NCBI RefSeq assembly: GCF_006345805.1
Contig: NC_042999.1
Coordinates: 45,694,001-45,758,000 of the forward strand
Origin: Octopus sinensis
Taxonomy: Eukaryota
Reading direction: 5' to 3'
DNA length: 64,000 nt
Numbering within the stretch: position 1 is the stretch's first letter; every line of letters starts with the position of its first letter. The translations under genes and the position numbers were made by a program. Of the stretch, positions 35,299 to 49,060 are shown one piece after another. The notes beneath the pieces are model-generated. The model saw only the letters and a list, made by a program, of their open reading frames with translations. It made no database searches and was not told the origin of the DNA.

Positions 35299-36710
35299 AT
35301 GGATAATCGAAGATTTCATATTTGTGTTGTAATGCTTTACTTTTTTTTAAAAAAGGAGAAAAAGCTGCAAAGACTTGCAAAAACATTTGCGAAGTTTATG
35401 GTGATGATGATGCTGAAGGTGAATCAACTGTTTGAAGGAAGGTGGTTTGCAAAATTTAAAGCTGGTGCGTTTAGCTTGGGAGATGACAGTTGCAGTGGAA
35501 GACCTTCAAAACTGGATAAAGACGTTTTGAAGGCAAAAATCAAAGGAAACTCAAATATCACGACTTGAAGAGGAGTTAGAAGTTTCTAAAGCTATGGCTC
35601 AAGAACATCTAGTGAAGCTAGGATACATTTCTCACTATAATGTATAGGCCCCCTCACAAACTCTCAGACAAAAAATTGCTTGAACCGGTATTCTGTTTGT
35701 AATATGCTTTTGAAATGGAATAAAAACATATCTTTTTTGCAACAACTTGTGACTGGAGATGAAAAAAAAAATTGTGTACAAAAACATAGTGCAAAAAAGA
35801 TCTTGGAGTTTGCATGATGGTTCCCAAAAACAGCAACCAAAGACGAATATCCATGCCAAAAAAGCTATGCTTTGTGTTTGGTGGAATCATAAATGCATTA
35901 TTTATTATGAGCTTCTCCCACAAAACCAGAACAGTAGTGTTTGGTGGGATCATGAATGCATTATTTATTATGAGCTTCTCCCACAAAACCAGAGCAGCAG
36001 TGTTTGGTGGGATCATAAATGCATTATTTATTATGAGCTTCTCCCACAAAACCAGAGCAGCAGTGTTTGGTGGGATCATAAATGCATTATTTATTATGAG
36101 CTTCTTCCACAAAACCAGAGCAGCAGTGTTTGATGGGATCATAAATGCATTATTTATTATGAGCTTCTCCCACAAAACCAGAGCAGCAGTGTTTGGTGGG
36201 ATCATAAATGCATTATTTATTATGAGCTTCTCCCACAAAACCAGAGCAATAGTGTTTGGTGGGATCATAAATGCATTATTTATTATGAGCTTCTCCCACA
36301 AAACCAGAGCAGTAATTCTAATGGGTACTGTCATCAGCTGGCTAATTTGAACCAAGAAACCAAAGAATTGAGGTCAGAGATTGCCAACAGCAAAGGGGTA
36401 ATGTTCCAACAAGACGACACCCAACCACATGTATCTTTGGCTAACCAAGCAAAGTTACATGAACTTGGCTGTGATCTCTTACTCCATCCAATATATTCCC
36501 CTGATATTGTGCCATCTGACTACCAGATGTTTTTGTCTCTACAGAACTCATTGCAAGAAAAAAACATTTAATGATTTAGATGGAGTCAAAATGCATCTAG
36601 AAAACTCTTTTTCTTCGAAACCAGTCAAATTTTATGCTGATGCAATATTTAAATTGCCTCATAGATGGGCAAAGGTCATTAGTAATAATGGAAATTGTTT
36701 TATTGAATAA
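35299..36710 (+). pseudogene. Mariner transposase pseudogene
   Basis: MDNRRFH...WFAKFKAGAFSL.D..SGRPS, then TGDEK (D at 35758), VWW.HKCIIYYELL, QQDDTQPH (D at 36413) and YSPDIVPSDY (D at 36518, 34 residues after the second D), ending LPHRWAKVI. Frameshifts and stops are present. Confidence 0.92.
35874..36314 (+). repeat. 7 x 63-bp in-frame tandem array inside the transposase
   Basis: Units start at 35874, 35937, 36000, 36063, 36126, 36189 and 36252. Each encodes about VWWDHKCIIYYELLPQNQSSS; unit 5 has TGG changed to TGA. Confidence 0.97.
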
Positions 36711-37158
36711 CATTTATTGAAAGGTAAATAATTTATATCCCTTGTATATTTAAAAATGCTCAGAACTTTCCAGACACACACACACACACAGACATGCACA
36801 CACAAGGAGACAGAGGTGCATACATATACAAACACATGCTCACACACATACAATTTTTTTTCCTCTTTTTCTTTTGAATATAAGGTATGAAATTATGCAA
36901 AATTTACGATAACATTTCAGTTTTATTCTGTTCGAAATGCCTGCTACTCCAGTCATTGGGAAAACCTCTCATTACAGCTTACTGTAATAACAATTCTATC
37001 ACTCTCCCTCACCTACATTTAATGTCCTCCCCAACTGCCACTCATTCTTCATTTTTGTTTCAGTCTCCCTCTACTACTGTGACCGTGAATAGAATCACTA
37101 TGTAAATGATCATATGTGATTTGCATACATCTCCCTCACACATTTATTCTCTCCTTTC

Positions 37159-37200
<42 letters not shown>

Positions 37201-37519
37201 CTTGATTGTACCAACGTGTCAAAAAATAGAATTTGTGATTTATATGTGTCTGATGATTCACTATGTTCCTTTACCAGATTTGGTGCATGTGTGTTCATTC
37301 AGAGGATGTGGTTTTAATCTGTGCATGCTTGTCCATCAACATACGAAATTCAGAGTGGCAATTGATTAGCTGAAATCATAAACTTTGAATGCATACATGT
37401 TTGTGAGTGAGAGTGGCTATTTATGTGAGTGTAGTTCAACTACATGGTTCTAGGTTCAGTCCCGCTACATGGAATCTTGAGTTAGTGCCTTACAAATAGA
37501 TCTGGTAGATAGATACTGT

Positions 37520-37594
37520 CATATATATATATGTATGTATATGTATGTATATATATGTATATATATATATATATGTATATGTATATGTATATAT

Positions 37595-37626
<32 letters not shown>

Positions 37627-37667
37627 GTGTGTGTATATATATATGTATATATATATATATAGTGTAT

Positions 37668-37707
<40 letters not shown>

Positions 37708-37806
37708 GTATATATATTATGTGTATATATATATATATGTATATATGTATGTATATATATGTATATATATGTATATATATAGGTATATATATATATATGT
37801 GTATAT

Positions 37807-37841
<35 letters not shown>

Positions 37842-37922
37842 GTATATTATATATATGTATATATATATATATTATGTGTATATATGTGTATATATATATC
37901 TATATTATATATATATATATGG

Positions 37923-37955
<33 letters not shown>

Positions 37956-38310
37956 TATATTATATAATATATATATAATATATATATATTATATATATAT
38001 ATAGATATGTATATATATTATGTGTATATATATATATGGTATATATATATATGTGTATATATATAATGTGTATATATATATATGTGTATATATATATATG
38101 TGTATATATATATATGTGTATATTATATATGTGTATATATATATATGTGTATAATATATGTGTATATATATATATGTGTAATATATATGTGTATATATAG
38201 TATATATATATGTATAATATATATGTGTATATGTATATGTATATATGTATATGTATATATATGTATATGTATATATATGTATATGTATATATGTATATAA
38301 TATATATATG

Positions 38311-38359
<49 letters not shown>

Positions 38360-38398
38360 GTATATATATGTATATATGTATATATATATATATGTATA

Positions 38399-38443
<45 letters not shown>

Positions 38444-38555
38444 ATATATATATATATATATATATGTATAGTATATATATGTATATGTATATATATATGT
38501 ATATATATGTATATGTATATATATGTATATAGTATATATATATATGTATATATAA
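37520..38555. repeat. About 1-kb degenerate (TA)n/(TATG)n array
   Basis: Directly visible. Confidence 0.95.
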
Positions 38556-39084
38556 AACTTTTTGACTTGTTTCAGCTTTAAAACTGCAGTCATGTTGGGG
38601 CACCCACTGGCTGTGCTACACTTTCATTATTTAAAACCTCCTCTGATATGTGGCATTTGGTGAATAAGGGACTTTGATGCTACTGCCCTCATCTGTGTTT
38701 CCTGCCATGAGGTAGGTTCATCTGGAACCTGTGACAGGAGGAGATCCGGTTTTGTTTTGAAGACACCTACATCCACACCATGCATGTCTCTCGGGCATTT
38801 TGGAAGGATACTGAAAGCTGTTTGCTCCTGAAACCTCAGTTGTTGCAGTATCTGATACTGTATTTTGATGGCAATGGTTGGACCTATGTGTGTGTGTGTG
38901 TGTCTTTGTGTTTGTCCCCCTCCCCCCACCACTGCTTGACAACTGGTGCTATGTCTTGTGTTCCTATAACGTAGCAGTTTGGCAAAAGAGATTGAGAGAA
39001 TAAGTACCAGTCCTCAACATGTCCACATTCCAATGTCTGAAACAAGTAAAAGATAAAAGATACTCTCTCTCTCTCCCATGCATG

Positions 39085-39130
<46 letters not shown>

Positions 39131-39409
39131 TGTATGTATATATATATTGAAAAGTTGGTATTTTGACAAAGCTACCATAACAGTTAACCTTTGCTTGGAA
39201 CTCCATGTAAATCTATGTAAGCGCAATTTTCAGATATACATTTGAATAGATTACAGAGCATATATCCAAGATCAAAAACAATTTTTGTAACCAAATCTCC
39301 TGTTATATTCTGATCTTGTGTGTTCGCGCATATACATACATATAAACATACATATATGTATGTATATGTGTATGTGTATACGTACATACATCCATACATA
39401 CATACATAT

Positions 39410-39440
<31 letters not shown>

Positions 39441-39699
39441 TAGCTTTAACTTTTGAAACTTTTTCCACATATCTCAAAGATATATATTGGAGACATGAAT
39501 CTTGGGAGCTATTATAATAGTAGATATTTCAGTAAAGCAGAGGTTAGTACATTCCCCCAAAACAATGCATATTGATCAAACTCTTCTTTGGTACTTAGGA
39601 TTTGCAGAAAACTTAGCAGTTTGAAGCAGCTTGAAGCTGAGTAAATATGGCTGCACTTTGTGTCTTGTTACAAACAGTTATTATTTGTCAATGTATAAA

Positions 39700-39731
<32 letters not shown>

Positions 39732-39988
39732 CAATCACTGATCTCTGTATGATCCAAGCTACTGGATGTTGTTAAACACTGATGGTCAGAATGTACTTAC
39801 ATAATTGTAGCTTTCAAATGATGCTAGTCTTGTTTTAGCTTTGCCCATTTACTACCGAGTGAGCTGGAGCAATTTGGAGCAATGCACCACCGATCTGGGA
39901 ATCAAAACCACCGTCTTGCAATTACAACATGAGTCTTCTCTTCTTGTGTTGTAACAGCATTCACACAGGAGGGGTTAAACCAGCTCCT

Positions 39989-40215
39989 TATTTCTTTACT
40001 ACCCACAAGGGGCTAAACACAGAGGGGACAAACAAGGACCGACAAACGGATTAAGTCGATTACATCGACTCCCAGTGCGTAACTGGTACTTAATTTATCG
40101 ACCCAGAAAGGATGAAAGGCAAAGTCAACCTCGGCGGAGTTTGAACTCAGAATCTAGCGGCAGACGAAATAGGGCTACGCATTTCGCCCGGCGTGCTAAC
40201 GATTCTGCCAGCTCC
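39989..40215 (-). mobile_element. SINE B1
   Basis: B1 body flanked by CCAGCTCCT (39980-39988 and 40208-40216); the right copy overlaps the SINE head. Confidence 0.9.
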
Positions 40216-40929
40216 TAATGAGTTCACCGTGTCATGGATCAAGGCGTCCAAACACATCTATTGCCTAGGTCAACTTTGCCTTTCATCTTTTCAGGGTCTG
40301 TAAATTAAGTACCAGTTACATACTGGGATTGTTCTAATCGATTGGCCCCCTCCCACCAAAAAATTTCGGGCCTTGTACCTAGAGGAGAAAAGATTATGCA
40401 AAGTTACAATGTATGTCCCATTACCTTCTGATGTTCCCTGTACTTTATTCTTCTTTTACTACACCCTAAATAAGGTATTAGGAAGTAGGTGGGAAGGAAG
40501 CATTGAAGCAAAGCTGAATTGAGAGCCATTTGATGTGGGCACCTGCACTTTACAAGGGAATTAGGACATATTTGTATGATTTATACATCAGAATATTCAT
40601 TATATCTATAATTTGTTTTAATCAGTTCCCTCTTTGATCTTCATTAGATGTTTTAATTTTGCTTATCATCATCATCATCATCATCATCATTTAATGTCCA
40701 CTTTTCTAAGCTTGCATGGGTTGGATGGAATTTTTTTGAGGCAAAGTTTCTACAGCTGGATACCCTTCATGTTGCTAATCCATGCCTATTTTTCAAGCAA
40801 GGTAATATTTCTTCATGGATATATATGTGTATCATGGGAGACTGGAAATGAATGTATGATGGTGATACTCATTTATAACCATCATTTAATATCTAGACAA
40901 AAGTATGCACAAATACCCACACACACATA

Positions 40930-41828
40930 TACACATCTGTTCATATACCATGGGCTTCTTTCAGTTTCCATCTACCAAATTCATTCACAAGATTTTGGTT
41001 GGCCAGGTCTATAGAACAAGACACCAGCCTTATGTGCCATGCAGTAGAATTGAACCTGGTACCATGTAGTTAGGAAGCAAGCTTCTCAAGCACATAGCCA
41101 CTCCTGTGCCTATAGCTGTACCCCTACACCTATATAAATATTGTAAATATTGTAAATATCTACAGGCATCACTGTGTGGTAAGAAGCTTGCTTCCCTACC
41201 ATATGGTTCTGAGTTCAGGCATACTGTGTAGCACCTTGGAAAAGTATCTTCTACTATAGTTTGAGGCTGACCAAAGGTTTTTGAGTGAATTTGGTAAACA
41301 GAAACTGAAGAAGCCTGTTGTGTGTGTGTGTGTGTGTCTTTGTATTTTGTGTATATCTGTATGTGCATTTTTATGCTTTGTTACTTGTGTATATATGTAT
41401 AGCCATAAACATTTGCGTGTACTCTTTTACTTGTTTCAGTCATTTTTGACTGTGGCCATGCTGGAGCACTGCCTTTAGTAGAGCAAATTGACCCCAGGAC
41501 TTATTCTCTGTAAGCCTAGTAATTATTCTATCGGTCTCTTATGCTGAACCGCTAAGTTATGAGGACTAAAACACACCAGCATCGGTTGTCAAGCGATGTT
41601 AGTGGGGACAAAGACAGACACACAAACATATACACACACACATACTTATATATATATATATATACACGATGGGCTTCTTTCAGTTTCTGTCTACCAAATC
41701 CACTCACAAGGCTTTGGTTGACCTGAGGCTATAGTAGAAGACACTAGCCCAAGGTGCCACGCAGTGGGACTGAATCCGGAACCATGTGGTTGGTAAGCAA
41801 GCTACTTATCACACAGCCACTCCTACGC
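40930..41828. mobile_element. Cluster of three family-A SINEs (40930-41111 -, 41164-41345 +, 41421-41828 -)
   Basis: Alignment to the A modules in alternating orientation. Confidence 0.8.
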
Positions 41829-42473
41829 AATATTTTTTGAATATGTATGTGTACATCAGTCACTTTGATAACATATTATTTAAAAATTGTAAAAACGATT
41901 TTCTTTTAAAAAACAAGCAAAAATGATGCTATATTCATATCAGTATATATTGGCTTTCTTGCATGTATGTGTGTGTGTATATCTCTCTAGAGTTATTTTG
42001 GATGTTTGGGTATTTTTTTTTTTTTAGTATGTACGTGAAAATGTGTATTAGTTATTTTGGCATTTCACTTGGCCAAATTATACAATGTTTTTTGAAACTA
42101 CAAAAGGAAACAAAAAAACCAGACAAAAAAAACCCGATATAGACTTAATTGCATGATTCCTACATGGAACAAAGCATGACATTAAATTATTTAACAGCTT
42201 GTCTGCTTCAACTTAGTCCATAATTTCTATAAGTGTTGATTGCTTATTGCTGTTAAATGTGACTTTTGCTGTGTACATTGTATACATACGAGTGTGAATA
42301 GATGTAGTTGAGCATTTTCTGTTGTTATCAATAGCTCTGTTGTTTGACCACATTCTGTTGTGTTTGTTGTGAATAAACTCTACTATATAAATACATGCTT
42401 ACATACAAAGCATATTTATTATAAGAAGTATCATCATGATCATGATCATCGTGATGATCATCATCATCATTAA

Positions 42474-42867
42474 GGGCAATGGACTGGCAGAAACATTAGG
42501 ATGCTCTGCAGTATTTGTTCTGGTTCTTTATATTCTGAGTTCAAATCTGGTTAAGAGCAACTTCGTCTTTCATCTTTTATTTAGTACTTTATTTGGTACT
42601 TTATTTAGTAGGTAGGCCCCTTCCTCTCAAAATTGTCAGCCTTGTCCCAAAATTAGAAAGTATTATAATAATAATAATAATAATAATAATGATAATAATA
42701 ATATTCTGAGCTCAAATTTTGCAGACTTTAACTTTGCTTTCCGTCTTCTCGGGGTTGATAAAATAGGTACTGGCTGAGCACTGAGGCAGTCAACTTAGGG
42801 TTAGGGTTTGAAAATGCTGGCTTTTTGCCAAAATTTGAAACCATCATCATCATGATCATCGTCATCA

Positions 42868-42902
<35 letters not shown>

Positions 42903-44222
42903 GAGGTGGCGATCTGGCAGAATCGTTAGCATGCCAGACAAAATGCTTAATGGTATTTCGTCTGTCTTTACATTCTGTGTTCAAATTCTGCTGAGGTTGA
43001 CTTTGCTTTTGATCCTTTCAGAGTCAATAAATCAAGTAACCAGATTCTATAGGCCTTGTACCTATAGTAGAAAAGATTATTATTATTATTTTATCATCAT
43101 CATTATCATCATCATCATTATTGTTAAGGCAGTGAGCTGGCAGAATTGTTAGCACGCTGGGCAAAATACTTAGCTACATTTTGTCCATCTACATGTTCTG
43201 AGTTCAAATTCCACTGAGGGTAATCAATTAACTAAAACATTGTTCTACCTCAAATTCATCCAAGGTAACTTTGTCTTTCATCCTTCCATGACCAATAAAA
43301 TATAGTACCAGTTAAGTGGTGGGATTGATGTATTTCTTTTAGCTCTTTACATTCTAAGCTCAAATCCTGCAGAGGCCAACTTTACCTTTCATCTCTCTAT
43401 AGCCAATATAATCATGTATCGGTTTGATGTGATCATCTAGATACCCCTCCAAATCACAGACTTGTGACAATCTTACAAATAATTTTCATTACTAGATGGT
43501 TCCGCGCCTTCAAAACTGAAGGCTAATTGTAGTATTTTATATGTATATAAGGACAAAAGATAGAATATGGATGGTAATTCAAATTGATACACTCCTCAGT
43601 GTTATCTAGTGTTTGTATTTTGAGATGTGGCATAAATACCATCATTTGTTACTGAAAGAATGCCGGTTCACACATATAAACATTCACATACTTTCCTTGT
43701 ACATGCACACACACACACACACAAAACACACACACACACACATACACAGTTGAAATGCTGTTTGATTTCTCTTTTCAGCATAGAATTTCCACCATCTTAT
43801 TTCCATTGCACACACACACACATACATTCACACATCCACATACCTCCCTTTTATATACATGCACATATACTCACACAGAGTTGAAACACTGTTTGATTTT
43901 TTTTCACCATAGAATTTCCATCATCCCACTACCAGTCTGCCATCACCACTACCTTCCTTATTCATCTATCACCTCTTCCTTTCTCATTCATATGTTGTGA
44001 CGGAGAAAAACACAAGAGTATTATTACAGTAGATTATTAATCCACATTTTCATCTGTCTTAATGTTCTGAATTCAAATTCCACTGAAGTAGACTTTGACT
44101 TTTGTCCCTTTTGGGTCGATAAAATCAGTACCAGTTGAGCACCGGGGCTGATGTAATCGACTTACCCCCTCCCCCCCGAACCTGCTAGCCTTGTGCCAAA
44201 ATTTGAAACCATTATTAATCAA
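42474..44222 (+). mobile_element. Cluster of about six co-oriented B2-type SINEs separated by (ATC)/(ATT) runs
   Basis: Repeated TTCTGAGTTCAAAT...TTTG.CTTTCATC blocks near 42535, 42710, 42970, 43195, 43350 and 44065. Confidence 0.75.
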
Positions 44223-44542
44223 CTTTCCTTCTTCTTCCACAGTACCGATAGTATCCTAGGCATTGCCTTGATAAAATTTTCTCCCTCTTGAGTAAAATTT
44301 TGGTATTAGGACTAAGTCAGAAATCCTCTTCCACCTACTTATTAGTGATGAAAATTTTATGTTAGGATTAGAAAGTTAGATTAGGTTCTTTACTATCTAG
44401 GATGATGTTGAATAGTATATAGTTAAAACATTTGATGCCTGTCACCTGCTGTGTCTTCATATTTCAGCAGAAATATAACACGCGCATACACACACACACA
44501 CACTTATACACATATATATACAGGCAATGCTTCTGCATTGCT

Positions 44543-45180
44543 AGGCAAGGCTGTGCGGTAAGAAGGCGGCAAACTGGCAGAAATGTTAACACACCAGACG
44601 AAATGCTTAGTGATATTTCGCCTGCTGTTACATTCTGAGTTCAAATTCTGCTGAGGTCGATTATGCCTTTTATCCTTTCAGGGTCAATAGATTAAGTACC
44701 AGTTACGCACTGGGGTCAATGTAATCGACTTAAACCGTTTGTCTGTCTTTGTTTGTCCCCTCTATGTTTAGCCCCTTGTGGGCAATAAAGAAATAAGAAG
44801 CCTGCTTTCCAACCACGTGGTTCCAGGTTCAGTCTCACTGTGTGGCACCTTGGGCAAGTGTCTTCTACTACAACCTTGGGCCAACCGAAGTCTTGTGAGT
44901 GGATTTGGTTGATGGAAACTCAAAGAAGCTTGTCATATATGTGTGTATGTGTGTGTGTGTGTCTTTGTATCTGTGTTTGTCCCCTGTCACCACTTGAAAC
45001 CAGTGTTGGTGTGTTTACATCCCCATATCTTAGCAGTTTAGTAAAAGTGACTGATAGAATAAGTACCAGGCTTTTAAAAAAATAAGTCCTGGGGTCGATT
45101 CATATGACTAAAAAAATTGTTGAAGGTCGTACCCCAGCATGGCTGCAGTCTAATGACTGAAAGAAGTAAAAGATAAAAGA
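44543..45180 (+). mobile_element. SINE A with a full B1 (44566-44793) inserted in its tRNA head
   Basis: The A head is split at TAAGAAG, which is duplicated at 44559-44565 and 44794-44800. Confidence 0.85.
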
Positions 45181-45267
45181 TGTGTTAATGTGTGTGTTTA
45201 CACACACACACACACACACATATGTTGATCAGTTGTAATGCTGTGATACACTATATTTAATCAGCCA

Positions 45268-45565
45268 TGGTCATAGTTTCGATTTGGGAGCAAATATTTA
45301 AGAAAAAGTGGAAGTGGATTGGTAGTACAATTAGAAAAGACACACCAAATGTAGCGAAAAGTGCTTTACAGTGGAATCCGGATGGATATAGAAAGAAAGG
45401 AAGGCCTAAGAACTCGTGGTGTAGATCAACACAAAAGGAACTAGAGAAAGGGGGACATTCCTGGCAGAGTACAAGTACAGAAGCGAAAAATTATGCGACA
45501 TGGAATTCAATTATAAGTGGCCTATACTCCGCATTGCAGGGTTAAAGGTGGGAAAAAAAATAATA
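45268..45565 (+). mobile_element. RTE-clade LINE 3' fragment
   Basis: KKKWKWIGSTIRK...AKSALQWNPDGYRKKGRPKNSW...ELEKGGHSW...AKN.A.W...ISGLYS matches the RTE ORF C-terminus as I recall it. Confidence 0.8.
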
Positions 45566-45579
45566 AATGGTCACACTCA

Positions 45580-45810
45580 TTAAAACTCCTTAGTATTTAA
45601 ACTGGCCACGACTGGCCAAAATATTCTACTTGTTTTGTGTTCAAACTGGCCAGACCCCTACCACTCGCACCTACCATAAATTGTCATTCTAAAAATATAC
45701 AGTCCTATCATCAAAATCTCAAAGCCAAATGATAACAGATGTTTAATTCAAAGCAATGTGAATAAATAAACATTACATTTGACTGAGTAATCTGAATGTT
45801 AAAGGGTTAA
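45580..45810. mobile_element. Possible TTAA-flanked MITE remnant
   Basis: Right end GTTAAAGGGTTAA and a degenerate left end TTAAAACTCCTTAGT. Confidence 0.35.
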
Positions 45811-45874
45811 TGAGTCAACAAGCTCTCATGTATGTATGTACATAAGGATGGACGAACAGACGGACAGACACATA

Positions 45875-47704
45875 GGCCCAAGAATGGGTGTGTGGTTAAG
45901 AGGTTTGCTTTCCACTCATGTGGTTTCAGGTTCAGTTTCATTGCAAAGTACTGGGAGCAACTTAAGCTAGTGTTTTCTACTTAGTCTCCACAGCAACCAA
46001 AGCTTTTTGAGTGGATTTGGTAGATGGAAACTGAAAGAACCCAATCATACGTGTGTGTATGTGTGTGTGTGTGGTCTTGTGTTTCATATACTCTTTTACT
46101 CTTTTACTTGTTTCAGTCATTTGACTGCTGCCATGCTGGAGCACCACCTTTAGTCGAGCAAATCGACCCCAGGACTTATTCTTTGTGAGCCTAGTACTTA
46201 TTCTATCGGTCTCTTTTGTTGAGCCACTAAGTTGCGGGGACGTAAACACACCAGCATCGGTTGTCAAGCGATGTTGGAGGGACAAACTCAAACACTCAAA
46301 TATATACACATGCATATATATATATATATACGTACATACATATGACGGGCTTCTTTCAGTTTCCGTCTACCAAATCCACTCACAAGGGTTTGGTTGGCCC
46401 AAAGCTATAGCAGAAGACGCTTGCCCAAGGTGCCACACAGAGGGAATGAACCCGGGACCATGTGGTTGGTAAGCTAGCTACTTACCACACAGCCACTCCT
46501 GTGCATATTTGATTGCAAAAGTGTTGTGTATATTTATTTCAGGTCAGACTTTTCTGTGGATGGCATTGCATATTGTTTCACTGACATCATGTCAGGCTGA
46601 TTGGTAGCACTTCAGTGATACTTTTGAGTAGCTGCTGATTACATGTGTTATATCCTCTACAAAAAGAGTGACATAATTGACATTTGCGGTTGCGTCTTGG
46701 GAGTTGAAGGGTTTTGCTCTTTCATTTATTTACTAGATATTTTGTAGCTATCATCTGCTCTTAGTTGTAAAAGCATAGTGTTTAAAATGTGGTCTGATGT
46801 AATGGTGATGAGCTTGAGAAAGGCTACACTTCATGTTCATATGATTACCCTCTTCAAAATTACTGGAAACATATCCTTGCATAACCTTTTACAAGTATTT
46901 AAAGTGTTTCTCTTTCAGGTCTTCATGGAGATATGCTAGTCCTGAACTTCTAGGTTTATATGGCAGCTAACAATAATTATAAAGTTCTTGTGGCTGTGTG
47001 GTAAGTAGCTTGCTTACCAACCACATGGTTCCGGGTTCAGTCCCACTGCATGGCACCTTGGGCTAGTGTCTTCTACTATAGCCTCGGGCTGACCAAAGCC
47101 TTGTGAGTGGATTTGGTAGACGGAAACTAAAAGAAGCCCATCATATATATGAATATGTATGTGTGTGTGTATGTTTGTGTGTCTGTGTTTGTCCCCACAA
47201 TATCGCTTGACAACCGATGGTGGTGTGTTTACATCCCCATAACTTAGTAGTTCGGCAAAAGAGACCGATAGAATAAGTACTAGGCTTCCAAAGAATAAGT
47301 TCTGGGGTCGATTTGCTTGACTAAAGGTGGTGCTCCAGCATGGCCACAGTCAAATGACTGAAACAAGTCAAAGAGTAACCATTTTTTATATATGGATCCC
47401 TTTGATTCCTATTTTACTTGGGTGGACCCCCATAGCCATTCAATGCTTAAAAAAAAATCCTCTTGTATTTTTATAATTAAATATTATTAGGATTTGTATA
47501 AAAATTGTTAAAATGTTTTGTGTATTATGGATGTATAGCTAATTTACTGCAGGTAAACTTTCCTGGTCTGAAGCACATTTTTTTCATGGCCTCTGAAAAA
47601 TTACCATGGACACCCCCACAAAACATTATGGACCCCAATTGAGAGCCCCTGTTATAATGTATATATGTATGTATGTATATGTGTTTATATATGTGTGTGT
47701 GTGT

Positions 47705-47760
<56 letters not shown>

Positions 47761-48205
47761 GTGTGTGTGTATGTATATCAGTATAAGAATGTACATATTG
47801 TATGTGCACAGATATATTTTTATCTTATACTTGATTCAGTCACTGGACTGCGGCCATGCTAAGGTTTAGTCAAATAAATTGACCCCATTATTTTTTTTAA
47901 AGTCTGGTACTTATTCTATCAGCCAATTTTGGTTGAACTACCAAATTACCGGGATGTAAACAAACCAACACATTTGTTAAGAGGTGGGTAGGGGAGAAAC
48001 ATAAATGCAAACACACACACACACACATACACACATATGCATATGACAAGCTTCTTTCAGTTTCCATCCACCAAGTCCATTCACAAGGCTTTGGTTGGTC
48101 TGAATTTATAGTAGAAGACATCTGCCCAAGGTGCCATACAGTGGAACTGTACTTGGAACCATGAGGTTGGGAAGCAAGCTTCTTACCATACAGTCATGTC
48201 TGTGT
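45875..48205. mobile_element. Alternating family-A SINEs (45875-46070 +, 46090-46504 -, 46990-47376 +, 47821-48205 -)
   Basis: Alignment to the A consensus; 46090-46504 and 46990-47376 are near full length and mutually inverted. Confidence 0.88.
47377..47651 (+). mobile_element. hAT/Charlie-type MITE remnant, related to 62320-62642
   Basis: Shares AACCATTTTTTAT.TATGGA...GGTGGA.C.CCATAGCCATT with the 62.3-kb copy and ends TTGAGAGCCCCTG. Confidence 0.6.
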
Positions 48206-48859
48206 CAATAACGAAAATTTGACAGGACTTGAATTCAGTGCTAAAAGTGTTAGGTCAAATATTGTGTTAAATTCTATCAGCCACTCTAACTGACTCTGTA
48301 TGTGTTTACACAAATGTTAAATTAGGTCATTATCTTTAAGTGGGCTGAAGAATAACAGCAGAACATTTACTATGTTAGGAAGATGGCACAAATGAATCTC
48401 AGAGGGGGATGAATTTTTGATGATGCATCTGTAATGGTTAATATTTTAAAACTGAAATCTTGCCAATATCAACATATTTTTGGGAGGTAGAAACCTTCCA
48501 AGAATGGTAAATTATGTATCTGTGGGTGTTGACGATTGTGTTATCTATAACTATTTTCTGTTTCTTTGTTAAATATTTCCTTGTTCTTACAAGTATATCT
48601 GTATAATTTATACTGTTCTAATCTCGTTTGTTAATCCTGATTGATAAGATCCTATGATCACAGTTGTTCCAGCCATGACCATCCATTTATTTTCTTCCAG
48701 ATGTATTGCACCTGGGACTACTTTATCCAATATATTTTTATGCGATTTGAGAGAGACATGTTTACTGTTTCTAACAGGACCACTGACCACTTTTAGGCCC
48801 CCTGGTTTGTTCAGTGTTATCTTGTTTTACACTTTAGTACAATACAAAAGGCAGTAAGC

Positions 48860-49060
48860 TGGCAAAATTGGTAGTACATTGGATAAAATCTTCTGTGGCA
48901 TTTCCTCAAGCTCTTTACATTCTGAATTCAAATGCCCTGAAGTTTGACTATGCCTGTCATCTATTTGGGTGTGATGAAATAAGTACCAGTCAGATACTGC
49001 GATTGATGTAATGGACTAACTCCATCCCTTCACAATTACTGGTTTTGTGCCAAAATTATA
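48860..49060 (+). mobile_element. Decayed SINE B2
   Basis: B head and core blocks, diverged. Confidence 0.7.

Larger units (their letters stand above)
35115..36776 (+). mobile_element. Mariner (Tc1/mariner, DD34D) DNA transposon, inactive
   Basis: TA then TIR TTAAGTTGTCCAGAAAGTTCTGAGCACTTTT at 35115. The inverted copy AAAAATGCTCAGAACTTTCCAGACA ends at about 36776, its last bases lost into a (CA)n run. Length minus the six extra 63-bp units is about 1.28 kb, typical of mariner. Confidence 0.92.

Noticed and set aside
35874-36314. CRISPR-like regular repeats
   Set aside because: Head-to-tail units without unique spacers, derived from transposase; eukaryotic context and no cas genes.
35654-36355. 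233-aa minus-strand and 178-aa plus-strand repeat ORFs
   Set aside because: Alternative frames of the 63-bp array in the mariner, with no independent evidence of coding.
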